DNA of 54,395 nucleotides from the IMG/VR virus record IMGVR_UViG_3300042922_001429, positions 1 through 54,395 of that record, one strand, 5' to 3'. Each line of letters begins with the position of its first letter. Positions within the stretch are counted from its first letter, which is position 1. This DNA comes from a virus (Duplodnaviria > Caudoviricetes). The notes beneath the pieces are model-generated. The model searched no databases. It was not told where the DNA came from and saw only the letters and a list, made by a program, of their open reading frames with translations. The position numbers and the translations under genes are program-made. Below are positions 8,577-17,852 of the stretch, in pieces.

Positions 8577-9578
8577 ATGAAAATCATAGCACACAGAATA
8601 GGTAACAAGATCAACGGTGAAGGAATATCTTTTTCTAATGAAGAACTACAGTTGGATGAGAATATGTCCGAACTGCTTCAAAATTACTTTTTAAGCGCAT
8701 TTAAAAGCGAAGAAACTTATCAGTTTTACAGTGATTCTTATCTTGAAAACAATCCTGTATTCAAAGCTTCATCTGGGATTTTCGATAACAATTTAGAATT
8801 ATTGGCATGGTCCAAAAATTTAGGTAGGTTATTGTATGATGCTGCTGAAAATCCTAGAGTTCAAGGCGGTGAATTGTTCATCGTATTCTTCCAAGCTGAA
8901 AACGAAACTGAAGTTGATAAAATTGGAATTTTCAAAACTGAGAAAAGAGAATCTTTCTTAAAGATTTTTCCACATGATGAAACAATGGATCTGGAAAAAG
9001 ATCAAGGAATTAGTTTAGCCAAAATCGACAAAGCTGCTTTAATCTTCAATAAAGACAAAGAAACCGGATATGTTCTTTCTGTAGTTGATAATAACAAAAA
9101 CGGTGATATGTATTACTGGTTTGAAGATTTTCTGAAAGTAAGACAGAGAGAGGATGATTACTTCCATACTCAGGAATCATTATCAATCTACAAGGATTAT
9201 TTCACAAAACAACTTCCTCAGGAATTTGAAGTGTCAAAAGTTGATCAGGCTGATTTCTTAAATAACACTCTTAATTTTTTCAAGGAAAAAGAACAATTTA
9301 AACTAGATGATTTCGCTGCTGAGGTTTTGAAAGATGAGCATGTAATCGAAAGCTTCAACAATTTCAAAACTGATTATGAGCAGGATATGCAGATTAATGT
9401 TTCTGAGGAATTTCCAATCTCAGCAGCTGCAGTTAAAAAGTCTCAACGTCATTTCAAATCCATTATCAAACTTGATAAGAATTTTCACATCTACGTTCAC
9501 GGTGATCGTAAAATGATCTCACAAGGTCAAGACGATAAAGGTAAATTCTACATGATCTACTACGATAAGGAGATATAA
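8577..9578 (+). CDS. Nucleoid-associated protein, NdpA/YejK (NA37) family
   Basis: HRIGNK, IGIFKTE, IDKAALIFN, YWFEDFL, IKLDKNFHIY motifs. Confidence 0.8.
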   Translation: MKIIAHRIGNKINGEGISFSNEELQLDENMSELLQNYFLSAFKSEETYQFYSDSYLENNPVFKASSGIFDNNLELLAWSKNLGRLLYDAAENPRVQGGELFIVFFQAENETEVDKIGIFKTEKRESFLKIFPHDETMDLEKDQGISLAKIDKAALIFNKDKETGYVLSVVDNNKNGDMYYWFEDFLKVRQREDDYFHTQESLSIYKDYFTKQLPQEFEVSKVDQADFLNNTLNFFKEKEQFKLDDFAAEVLKDEHVIESFNNFKTDYEQDMQINVSEEFPISAAAVKKSQRHFKSIIKLDKNFHIYVHGDRKMISQGQDDKGKFYMIYYDKEI

Positions 9579-9579
9579 A

Positions 9580-9846
9580 ATGGAAAAGCATACGAAAGTA
9601 TACACTGAGTACTTTCCTTCTCATTCGGGGTTCTATCACTGCGAGATTTGTAAAAATCCTGCAACTGAAATTCATCACATAAAAAGAAGATCGGAATTCG
9701 GGAGCAAAACAAAAGATCAGCAAGATAAAATTGAGAATCTTATCGCACTGTGTAGAACCTGCCATGAGAAAGCACACGCAAATATTTTCACCAAAGAGTT
9801 TTTAAATGAAACTCACCAAAAAACAATGAAAATCTATGAAAGTTAA
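9580..9846 (+). CDS. HNH endonuclease
   Basis: CEIC...EIHHI...NLIALCRTCHEKAH. Confidence 0.9.
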   Translation: MEKHTKVYTEYFPSHSGFYHCEICKNPATEIHHIKRRSEFGSKTKDQQDKIENLIALCRTCHEKAHANIFTKEFLNETHQKTMKIYES

Positions 9847-10051
9847 AGATTTAGAAATAGACCAAGAAGTTATCATCAACGTAACCCCATACAAATACAA
9901 AGGTATACAGAAGGTGAAATTTTCTACAGGACCAGAGCAAAAGCATGTTTTCGAGGCTGATTTAGGTAATAGGTATGATTACAAATACTTTGATCTTCCG
10001 GTGGGAAATAAGGAACTGAAAGAGGTTGAAGATAAGTTGGAATTGAAATAA
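9836..10051 (+). CDS. Hypothetical protein
   Basis: ORF in operon. Confidence 0.6.
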   Translation: MKVKDLEIDQEVIINVTPYKYKGIQKVKFSTGPEQKHVFEADLGNRYDYKYFDLPVGNKELKEVEDKLELK

Positions 10052-10062
10052 AACTAAAAAAA

Positions 10063-10767
10063 ATGCCTAACAGAATATTAAGAGACTGGACAGATAGCTT
10101 CCTCATAGATGATTTGGATGTGAATGCTGAACGTTTTTTTGTAAGGCTGATAATGAAGGTCGATGATTATGGCCGTTTTTACTCTGATACTAGATTGTTA
10201 AAATCAAATCTGTTTCCGCTTAAAACCGATATACGAGAAACTGATATCGCCCGATGGCTCACTGCGTGTGAAAAGTCCGGTCTTATTACTGTCTACACTA
10301 TCGCTAACAAAAGCTACTTACAGATCAAAAATTTCAAACAACAGTTAAGACAAAAAACCGAAAAATACCCGCCACCATTAGAAATTACAAAGGATGATGT
10401 TAACATGCATAGCAGATGCATAGCAGATGATACGCTATTGCACACTAGAAACGAAGTAGAAACCGAAACAGAAGTAGAAAAGAAAGAGAGTGTTGTCGTT
10501 CCGACTCAAACATCAAAAATTAAATCTTTCAAAGTTTTCACTAAAGACGATTTCAAAAATTCTATTGCAGAAAATGCTAAAGGCTTTGAAAAGGAAATGC
10601 TAAACAAATTCTATCAGTACTGGACTGAACCATCTCCAAGTGGTAAAATGAGATTTCAACTTGAGAAAACATGGGAGACAGCTAGAAGGTTAAACAACTG
10701 GAGAAGTAGAGAGAAAGGGATATTGCCCGCGGAATCTTCGACAATGATAAAACGTAAACGATTATGA
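10063..10767 (+). CDS. Phage replication initiator
   Basis: VDDYGRF...LFPL winged-helix N-terminus; FYQYWTE...EKTWETARRL C-terminus; precedes DnaB. Confidence 0.75.
   Translation: MPNRILRDWTDSFLIDDLDVNAERFFVRLIMKVDDYGRFYSDTRLLKSNLFPLKTDIRETDIARWLTACEKSGLITVYTIANKSYLQIKNFKQQLRQKTEKYPPPLEITKDDVNMHSRCIADDTLLHTRNEVETETEVEKKESVVVPTQTSKIKSFKVFTKDDFKNSIAENAKGFEKEMLNKFYQYWTEPSPSGKMRFQLEKTWETARRLNNWRSREKGILPAESSTMIKRKRL
10405..10490 (+). repeat. Probable origin iterons in the initiator gene
   Basis: ATGCATAGCAG x2 (10405-10426) followed by GAAGTAGAAA repeats. Confidence 0.5.
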
Positions 10768-12200
10768 ATCAGGTAAACAATTTAAAGCCATCAGGAGTAA
10801 GTATGGGATTAGTTCCGCCGCAAGCGCTTGATGTTGAAAGGTTAGTAATTGGAACTTGTTTGATTGATGCAAAGGGTTTAAAGCAGGTTTACAAGATCAT
10901 CGGAGAAAATGAAGATGTTTTTTACGATCCAAAGCATAGAGAGATTTACAGAGCAATGTGTTTTATTCTTTCAAAAAACAATCCTGTCGATTTAATGACT
11001 GTTATCATGCAACTGAAAAAGACAGGTGATCTTGAAAGATGCGGAGGTGATCATTACGTTATTGAGCTTACCATGGGTATCAGTTCTTCTGCTCACATAG
11101 AATATCATGTGAGAATTGTTTGGGAGGCTTATTTGAAAAGAAAAATCATTGAGATGTCCTCTCTGATGATGAAAAGAGCTTATGATTCATCGGTTGATGT
11201 TTTTGAGGTTCTGGATGATACAGAAAAGCAAATAGGAATGATCAACGGTTACTTATCAGGTCAGAAAGCAATCAAATCGTTTTTTGATGTTCATCAGGAA
11301 TTCCTCAGTTATGTAAAAGCCGAAACGGTTCCGGGAGTTCCGATACCATTCAGGAAGTTACAGGAAGAAAATCAAGGGTGGCAAAATTCAGATTTGATAA
11401 TTATTGCAGCCAGACCTGCTATGGGAAAAACAGCGCTTGCATTGGAGCTTGGAAAGCATGCCGCAAAAAATGATTTTCCGATTCATTTCTTCTCACTTGA
11501 GATGGCTAACATCCAATTGCACAAAAGAATTGTTTCAAATGAGTTGAATATTTCATCAAACAGCATTAGGAAGAAAAGGTTCACAGACGAAGATTTAGAA
11601 AAACTTTTCATCAGTGACAAATTTGAAAAACTGCCATTTTATTATGATGATTCTCTTTTTCTCTGGGAAGAAATTAAAGCCAGAGCTCGCCAGGTATGCG
11701 AAGAAAAGAAAACAAAAATGATCATCATTGACTACTTGCAGCTGATTGATACGAAAAGAAAATTTTCAACAATCGACAGAGTAACTTTTGTTTCAAGAGA
11801 ATTGAAAATGCTTGCTAAGGAATTAAATGTTCCGGTGATCGCTTTATCACAATTGAGTAGGGAAGTGGAGAAAAGACCAGGTAAGAAACCACAACTCTCA
11901 GACCTTAGAGAATCCGGAGCTATAGAGCAGGATGCAGATATTATAATTTTCCCATACAGACCGGAATATTACGGTATTACAACATGGGCAGATGAAGAAG
12001 GTGAACCTTCAACAGAAGGTCAGGCAATGCTTATCACTGCGAAAAACCGCCATTGCGGAGACAGTGAAGTTATCATTGGTTGGCAAGCAGATTATCAAAG
12101 ATTTCATGATTTAAACAATCCTTACTATGAAAATACCAGAGTCACAGCAACCGCAACGCTCGGAGAAGCTTTCGGAGACAAAGATGATATGCCATTCTAA
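10764..12200 (+). CDS. dnaB: Replicative helicase DnaB
   Basis: AARPAMGKT, FSLEM, IIIDYLQL, LSQLSR, DLRESGAIEQDAD. Confidence 0.97.
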   Translation: MNQVNNLKPSGVSMGLVPPQALDVERLVIGTCLIDAKGLKQVYKIIGENEDVFYDPKHREIYRAMCFILSKNNPVDLMTVIMQLKKTGDLERCGGDHYVIELTMGISSSAHIEYHVRIVWEAYLKRKIIEMSSLMMKRAYDSSVDVFEVLDDTEKQIGMINGYLSGQKAIKSFFDVHQEFLSYVKAETVPGVPIPFRKLQEENQGWQNSDLIIIAARPAMGKTALALELGKHAAKNDFPIHFFSLEMANIQLHKRIVSNELNISSNSIRKKRFTDEDLEKLFISDKFEKLPFYYDDSLFLWEEIKARARQVCEEKKTKMIIIDYLQLIDTKRKFSTIDRVTFVSRELKMLAKELNVPVIALSQLSREVEKRPGKKPQLSDLRESGAIEQDADIIIFPYRPEYYGITTWADEEGEPSTEGQAMLITAKNRHCGDSEVIIGWQADYQRFHDLNNPYYENTRVTATATLGEAFGDKDDMPF

Positions 12201-12204
12201 TCCA

Positions 12205-12324
12205 ATGGAATTGATTGAAAAATTAGCAGAACAAAAAACTGAATGGTTGAAGGATTTCAAGGAAACCTATCAGGCAAACAGAGAAGAGAAGAAACGGATT
12301 TATAAACTGGATAAATTAAAATGA
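12205..12324 (+). CDS. Small hypothetical protein
   Basis: Likely start MELIEK at 12205; ATGA overlap with next gene. Confidence 0.5.
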   Translation: MELIEKLAEQKTEWLKDFKETYQANREEKKRIYKLDKLK

Positions 12325-12758
12325 CCTGGAGTAAAGCACTTCTCCAAAAATTGGAAAAAGAAGGGAGAGTAAAGAAAGTTGATTTTCCAAAAGAACCGAA
12401 AAACAAAGTTGTCATTCCCAAAGAGATCGGAAAATATAAACTTCACATAATCTCGGTTTTGGAAAGATCAGGATTAAAAATTCAAGAAGAATATCAATTT
12501 GATGAGGTCCGAAAGTTCCGGTTCGACTGGGCGATTGAAAAATATAGAATAGCGATTGAATTTGAAGGAATAATAAGTGAGAAAAGCCGTCATACTACCA
12601 TAGAAGGGTTTTCTAAGGATTGTGTAAAATATAATCTCGCTCAATGCAATGGATGGACAGTGCTGCGATACACGGTGTTAAATTATAAAAATATTGAATC
12701 TGATTTAAAAAAAATTATAGACTATGAACGAAAATTGGAAAGAAGTGAAAGGTTTTGA
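12321..12758 (+). CDS. Vsr/DUF559-like PD-(D/E)xK endonuclease
   Basis: EYQF..RKFRFDWA...IAIEFEG...KYNLAQCNGWTVLRY. Confidence 0.75.
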   Translation: MTWSKALLQKLEKEGRVKKVDFPKEPKNKVVIPKEIGKYKLHIISVLERSGLKIQEEYQFDEVRKFRFDWAIEKYRIAIEFEGIISEKSRHTTIEGFSKDCVKYNLAQCNGWTVLRYTVLNYKNIESDLKKIIDYERKLERSERF

Positions 12759-13263
12759 GGGTTTTTATGAAGTTTCTGAAACTGGAATTGTTAGAACAGT
12801 AGAAAGGGTTTCTAACCGAAAGTCAAAACTTGGAAATCCGTCATCAATTGTAATAAAAAGTAAGGTGAAACTAGCAAATTTATCAAAGGTGGGATATTTA
12901 ACAATTGCTTTAGTGAAGGAAAATAAAACATACACAACATATCTTCACAGAATCATCGCAGAAGCCTTTGTTGATAGGAAAAAAGATGAGAAATACGTAG
13001 TAAATCATATTAATGGAATCAAGACTGACAATAGAATTGAAAATCTTGAATGGGTTACATCTTCCCAAAATAATATTCACGCCTTAGATAAAAATTTAAG
13101 AAGAACTAGAAAAGATGTTGATGAAGCATTTGTGAATTCTGTAATGGAATTAAAAAACAAGAATTTAACAAATAAAAATATTGCTGAATTGTTAAACTCT
13201 ACCGAAAATAGAGTTCAGGGAATTACAAGTGAGAGAACTTATAAAAGAATTAGAAAGTCGTAA
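12724..13263 (+). CDS. NUMOD4-HNH homing endonuclease
   Basis: ENWKEVKGFEGFYEVS, HRIIAEAF, VNHINGIKTDNRIENLEW. Confidence 0.92.
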   Translation: MNENWKEVKGFEGFYEVSETGIVRTVERVSNRKSKLGNPSSIVIKSKVKLANLSKVGYLTIALVKENKTYTTYLHRIIAEAFVDRKKDEKYVVNHINGIKTDNRIENLEWVTSSQNNIHALDKNLRRTRKDVDEAFVNSVMELKNKNLTNKNIAELLNSTENRVQGITSERTYKRIRKS

Positions 13264-13327
13264 GATACACAGCTGATAATTACCTAGAGATAGAAAACGA
13301 TTTAAAACTATTAATTGAAAAAGTAAA

Positions 13328-15514
13328 ATGAGATACGAAGAATTTTTAAACAGCAAATCACGAAAGATTATTGAATCTGGTTTTGATATATCCTCCGAAA
13401 GCTTAAATCCTAACATGTTCGATTTTCAAAGATATATTGTTTGCAACGCATTAAAAAAAGGAAAATTTGCAATTTTTGCAGATTGTGGCCTAGGGAAAAC
13501 ATTGATGCAGCTTGAATTTGCGCATCAGGTAACTATTTACACACAGAAACCAGTGCTAATCCTTTGTCCATTGGCGGTATCGGGACAAACTATTAAAGAA
13601 GGTGAAAAATTCGGCATTGATGTTTATAAATTTGATTTTGAATGTCTGCCAAAAAATAATAAACCGGATATTTTTATTATCAATTACGAGCAGCTGGAAA
13701 AGATTGATACTTCTATTTTTTCTGGAGTTGTATTAGATGAAAGTTCAATTCTAAAAAATTTCACAGGTTCTTACAGAAATCTGATTATCTCAAATTTTGA
13801 AAACACAGAATATAAGTTAGCGTGTACTGCTACACCATCCCCTAATGACGAATTAGAGATAGGAAACCATGCGGAATTTCTCAATGTAATGACATCAATG
13901 GATATGCGAGCTGTGTTTTTTACCACTGATAAGGAAATAATAAAAGGAAACAAATACAGACTTAAAAACCATGCTAAAAATGAGTTTTATGCCTGGATAA
14001 ACAGTTGGGCGGTGATGATTTCAAAACCTTCTGATTTAGGATTTACGGCAAAAGGATATGATTTACCAGAATTAAACTTTTTTGAAAAGCAAATACAAAC
14101 AGAAAAGAAAGAAAACGGAAAGCTTTTCAATGATTTCTCTATATCTGCTACTCAGTTTAATTCGGAATTGAGAATCACAAAAGTTCAACGGATTGATGAA
14201 GTTGCATCAATTGTAAATTCTTCAAATGAAAATTTTATTATCTGGATAAAGCAAAATGAAGAAGGTGAACTGCTAAGGTCTTTAATTCCAGATGCCATAG
14301 AAGTGAAAGGCTCTGATACTCCAGAATTTAAAGAAAAACACCTACTTGGTTTCGCTAGAAATGAATTTCGTGTTTTAATAACTAAAACAAAAATTGCTCA
14401 ATTCGGATTGAATTATCAGAATTGCAGAAATCAAGTATTTGCATCATTAGATTTTTCATTTGAAGGACTTTATCAAGCAATTAGAAGAAGTTACAGATTT
14501 GGCCAGAAACAGTCAGTAAACATCTTTTTAATAACAACTGATACAATGCAAAACGTGATTGACAACATTAAAGAAAAAGAACAAAAATTTATAGACATGC
14601 AAGAAGGAATTATAAAAAACATGAATTATTTACAAGATGATTCAAATGAGATAAAAAGAGAAAGAGTTGTTACAGATTGGTTTACGCTTATGAACGGTGA
14701 TTGTGTTGCGGAGACAAAAAAGCTGGAGGAAAACTCAATTGATTATTCTTTTTTCAGTCCACCTTTCGGAGCGTTATATGTTTTCTCAAATGATCCTAAG
14801 GACATGAGCAATGTAGCGAATGATGAAGAATTTATGCAACATTTTAAATATCTCATAATTGAGCTTTTCAGAGTTTTGAAACCTGGTTGTTTATGTTCGT
14901 TGCATATTATGCAATCAACTACATTGCTGGGTAAAGATGGATTTTATTCAATAAAAGATTTCAGAGGTGAATTGATAAGAGCTTTTCAATCTGAAGGTTT
15001 TTATTTCCACGCTGAAAATATGATTAGAAAGGATCCTAAAACTGCAGCAATCAGAACGAAAAACAGACAATTGATGCACGGAACCACTAAAGTAGACTCT
15101 TCGATTGTAAGACCTGGTTTAGCGGACTTTATTATCACATTCAAAAAGCCAGGAAAGAGAGAAGTCCCAGTACAAAACAATATCCCTTTTGATTTGTGGT
15201 GTAAAATCGCTGAGCCAGTATGGATTGATGTTGAAGAAGGTGATACACTTGAATTTAGAAGCGCAAAAGACCATAAGGATGAAAGACATCTGACGCCTAC
15301 CCAACTAACCCCTATAAAATGGTGCTACATGATGTGGGTAAACAAAGGAGAAACTGTTTTCAGTCCTTTTTCAGGTATTGCTTCTGAAGGTGTAGTAGCA
15401 ATCGAAAATGGAATGAAATACAAAGGTGTTGAGTTGAAAAACTCTTACTTCGATGTTTCCATTAAAAATTTAAATAATGCAGTTGAGAGTAAGAAGCAAC
15501 TTACTTTGTTTTAA
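13328..15514 (+). CDS. SNF2-like helicase fused to an N4/N6 DNA methyltransferase
   Basis: DCGLGKT, LDESS, TATP, QAIRRSYRFG; then GDC, FSPPF, FSPFSGIASEG. Confidence 0.88.
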   Translation: MRYEEFLNSKSRKIIESGFDISSESLNPNMFDFQRYIVCNALKKGKFAIFADCGLGKTLMQLEFAHQVTIYTQKPVLILCPLAVSGQTIKEGEKFGIDVYKFDFECLPKNNKPDIFIINYEQLEKIDTSIFSGVVLDESSILKNFTGSYRNLIISNFENTEYKLACTATPSPNDELEIGNHAEFLNVMTSMDMRAVFFTTDKEIIKGNKYRLKNHAKNEFYAWINSWAVMISKPSDLGFTAKGYDLPELNFFEKQIQTEKKENGKLFNDFSISATQFNSELRITKVQRIDEVASIVNSSNENFIIWIKQNEEGELLRSLIPDAIEVKGSDTPEFKEKHLLGFARNEFRVLITKTKIAQFGLNYQNCRNQVFASLDFSFEGLYQAIRRSYRFGQKQSVNIFLITTDTMQNVIDNIKEKEQKFIDMQEGIIKNMNYLQDDSNEIKRERVVTDWFTLMNGDCVAETKKLEENSIDYSFFSPPFGALYVFSNDPKDMSNVANDEEFMQHFKYLIIELFRVLKPGCLCSLHIMQSTTLLGKDGFYSIKDFRGELIRAFQSEGFYFHAENMIRKDPKTAAIRTKNRQLMHGTTKVDSSIVRPGLADFIITFKKPGKREVPVQNNIPFDLWCKIAEPVWIDVEEGDTLEFRSAKDHKDERHLTPTQLTPIKWCYMMWVNKGETVFSPFSGIASEGVVAIENGMKYKGVELKNSYFDVSIKNLNNAVESKKQLTLF

Positions 15515-15554
15515 AAATAGATTACAGTCAATAACACAGATTAAATAAAAGAAT

Positions 15555-15740
15555 ATGAAACAAAGAATCCAGCTCGACAATCCAACACACCGGAATAAAG
15601 TCAGAGATAAAATAGAAGCTGATGCAGCACTCGCAAAAGCTAAGAAAAATCAAGGTGTAATAAAGTTTCTCCCAAAAGGAGTAAGCAGTGATTTTAAAAA
15701 GAAAATCAAAACAGATACGGAAAGCAGTAACGAAGATTAA
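15555..15740 (+). CDS. Hypothetical protein
   Basis: ORF with A-rich leader. Confidence 0.55.
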   Translation: MKQRIQLDNPTHRNKVRDKIEADAALAKAKKNQGVIKFLPKGVSSDFKKKIKTDTESSNED

Positions 15741-15761
15741 AACATAAAAATAATTTTAAAA

Positions 15762-15983
15762 ATGGAAATAGAACTAATAATTATCGGTATAATTGTAATT
15801 TTGGTTTTTGTTGGTTTTGAATACACCTCAATAAAAGGTTACAAGAGAATTATAACAAAGCAGGAAAAGATTATTAACGAGCAAAGCGATTTTATCAAAG
15901 TTCTCGAAAGAGATTATGATATCGTGATAAAAAAACAATTTGAAAACATTAGAAATAAAATCAATGGAAAAGAACAATTTTAA
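15762..15983 (+). CDS. Single-TM hypothetical protein
   Basis: N-terminal hydrophobic helix. Confidence 0.6.
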   Translation: MEIELIIIGIIVILVFVGFEYTSIKGYKRIITKQEKIINEQSDFIKVLERDYDIVIKKQFENIRNKINGKEQF

Positions 15984-16227
15984 CTTTTACGAATTTCTCA
16001 AAGAAAAAGGATACGAAAAAGAAGTAGTGAGAGAAAGAAGCGGCATAACCTTCGCTTCCAATTATCAAAAAGAACTCTCTCCACAAACTTGGAACGCCAT
16101 CACAATCCATAAAAATAAAACCTTTTCGGCAGCATCTCCGGTAACTGGATTAATCTACAAAGAACAGATTCAGCCGACTACAGTCGAAGAAGCTCAAGCA
16201 ATACTTGACGTGATCGAGAAACTATAA
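15964..16227 (+). CDS. Hypothetical protein
   Basis: Likely ATG start at 15964. Confidence 0.65.
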   Translation: MEKNNFNFYEFLKEKGYEKEVVRERSGITFASNYQKELSPQTWNAITIHKNKTFSAASPVTGLIYKEQIQPTTVEEAQAILDVIEKL

Positions 16228-16244
16228 AAAAATTTAAAATTATT

Positions 16245-16286
16245 TACACCTATTGGGTGTATATTAAAAATAATTATTTATATTTG
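16245..16286 (+). promoter_or_regulatory. Operator TACACCTATTGGGTGTA (16245-16261) plus -7 box TATATTTG (16279-16286)
   Basis: Near-palindrome identical to 29966-29982. Confidence 0.75.
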
Positions 16287-16311
16287 TATCTACGAAAGCA
16301 TTGATTTGTAG

Positions 16312-16605
16312 ATGTCTAAAGAAGTTCTTTTAAAAGTATGTAAAATCGTTTCCGCAGAGTTCGGAATTTTTCCTAAGGAGATGCGAGAAAAGTCAAGATT
16401 GCAGAATATAGTTTTTGCAAGAATGATCCTCACAAACGTCTGTAGGTTAAAATTCAAGATTAAGCAAAATGAAATTGCGGAGTTTTTTAAACAGAGCCAA
16501 CCTAACATCAATATCTACATCAGGAAGTTTGAAACAGAACTGAAATTCAATACTGAGTTCAGAAAGAAGTATGAGGTAGTTACCAAAAAGGTAAATAAAA
16601 AATAA
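16312..16605 (+). CDS. DnaA C-terminal (domain IV)-like HTH protein, probable late regulator
   Basis: VSAEFGI...KSRLQNIVFARMI...EIAEFFKQSQPNI pattern. Confidence 0.75.
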   Translation: MSKEVLLKVCKIVSAEFGIFPKEMREKSRLQNIVFARMILTNVCRLKFKIKQNEIAEFFKQSQPNINIYIRKFETELKFNTEFRKKYEVVTKKVNKK

Positions 16606-16696
16606 AGCACTTACGAAAGGGATTCAATTCAAAATAGTATTAATCGTTACTAAGTTTCAAAGAGAACCCCAATCAGCGAAGTTGTTTAAGTGCTTT
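16604..16696 (+). ncRNA. Candidate structured RNA (multi-stem junction)
   Basis: AAAGCACTTA/TAAGTGCTTT closing stem with internal stems. Confidence 0.4.
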
Positions 16697-16882
16697 TTAT
16701 TTTTTTGATTCAATCAGGTTGAGAAGTCGTTCACAAGATTCAATACAATAGTATTTAGTTGCAGAACTTCCATCGGAAACGACAAGATTACAGCTATTAT
16801 CATCAACTGGAGCTATTGAGATAATGTAGTTAACATTAACATAGACGAAGTAATCTGTTGAAAGATTTAGTTTTAAAAACAT
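16697..16882 (-). CDS. Small FlbD-like beta protein (moron)
   Basis: VYVNVNYIISI...LVVSDGS...IESCERLLNLI; own -7 box at 16907-16914. Confidence 0.55.
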   Translation of the reverse strand: MFLKLNLSTDYFVYVNVNYIISIAPVDDNSCNLVVSDGSSATKYYCIESCERLLNLIESKK

Positions 16883-16967
16883 GATTTTAGTTTTTTAGGT
16901 TAATCTCAAAGGTAGTGAATATTAAAGACAAGGAAATATTTTTCATATTATATTTTGTGATTTGGTC

Positions 16968-16998
16968 AACTAGCCTGGTGAAAGCTGGGTTAGTTTTT
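16968..16998 (+). terminator. GAAA-tetraloop hairpin with U-tract
   Basis: AACTAGCCTGGT-GAAA-GCTGGGTTAGTT-TTT. Confidence 0.55.
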
Positions 16999-17058
16999 AA
17001 AGAAAAGAGTAAGCCGAAAATCTCAAGAGTAGGCAACATTAAAACAATATTTATTTTT

Positions 17059-17484
17059 ATGAGAAAGCTATTATTTTTCGTTCTTATCAGTGCCATGAGT
17101 CTAGTTTTATTTTCTTGCAGCAATGAAACATCAAGTGTTACACCGGAACAACCAACACTTGAAAAATTACAAAAAATTCAAGCAAAAGAAGGAGAAGAAT
17201 TAACTCCTGAAAGTGAAAAAGCTTTAATTGATGAAGCTTTGGCATTTGTTGAAAGATCAAATATCAACAATGAAGATGAGCCACAAACTGAAATCCAAAG
17301 AATTCTTTGTCATACTAAATATGGAGCAACTCACGGTCACGCTTGTGTTTGGGAGCAGGGATTTTTAGTAAATGTAGAATGGCAGCCAAGTAGTATTTAT
17401 CAAAACCCTGATGGATACTGGAACGTGCCGCCTAATCCAAGTTTAAGTTATTCTGGTACTGTTGTGACAAAATGCAATTGTTAA
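17059..17484 (+). CDS. Lipoprotein with Cys-containing C-terminal domain (moron)
   Basis: Start MRKLLFF at 17059, lipobox LFSC, ends KCNC. Confidence 0.8.
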   Translation: MRKLLFFVLISAMSLVLFSCSNETSSVTPEQPTLEKLQKIQAKEGEELTPESEKALIDEALAFVERSNINNEDEPQTEIQRILCHTKYGATHGHACVWEQGFLVNVEWQPSSIYQNPDGYWNVPPNPSLSYSGTVVTKCNC

Positions 17485-17491
17485 AAAAACG

Positions 17492-17517
17492 AACTGCATC
17501 TCGATGATGCAGTTTTT
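17492..17517 (+). terminator. Intrinsic terminator
   Basis: AACTGCATC/GATGCAGTT stem + T run. Confidence 0.65.
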
Positions 17518-17521
17518 AAAA

Positions 17522-17594
17522 GGTCTTTTAGCTCAGTTGGTAGAGCGCCACGCTCATAACGTGGATGTCGTAGGTTCGAATCCTGCAAGGACCA
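17522..17594 (+). tRNA. tRNA with CAT anticodon (Ile2 or elongator Met)
   Basis: GGTCTTT/AAGGACC acceptor stem, CCACG-CTCATAA-CGTGG, GTTCGAATC; C4:G69 and A73 lean to Ile2. Confidence 0.92.
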
Positions 17595-17599
17595 CAACC

Positions 17600-17700
17600 T
17601 GTTGAATGTCTATCTGAATTGGGGGTGATACATGATAGAGTCCGAGGAACCCTCCACCGTGTCGGGTTGTTGAGAAAAGGCTGACAGCTGGAAAGACAGC
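17600..17700 (+). ncRNA. Structured RNA between the tRNAs, Flavo-1/Bacteroidales-1-like
   Basis: TGTC/GACA pairing, internal stem, terminal GCTG-GAAAGA-CAGC hairpin. Confidence 0.5.
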
Positions 17701-17705
17701 AAATT

Positions 17706-17777
17706 GTCAAGTTGCCCGAGAGGAAAGGGAGTTGGTTGCAACCCAAATGTCCAACGGTTCGAATCCGTTACTTGACT
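17706..17777 (+). tRNA. tRNA-Cys (GCA)
   Basis: GTCAAGT/ACTTGAC acceptor stem, TTGG-TTGCAAC-CCAA, GTTCGAATC, U73 discriminator. Confidence 0.88.
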
Positions 17778-17852
17778 CAATGCAGATTAGCTACCGGAAA
17801 TTGCGTCTGTATGATTCTCATGTTTAATTGAGTTTTCATGGTTATTAGTTTT

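Noticed and set aside
16915-17058. Longer start for the lipoprotein gene
   Set aside because: Signal peptide begins at 17059; the upstream part contains a hairpin and looks non-coding
17780-17840. Third tRNA
   Set aside because: Hairpins are present but there is no T-loop GTTC or cloverleaf
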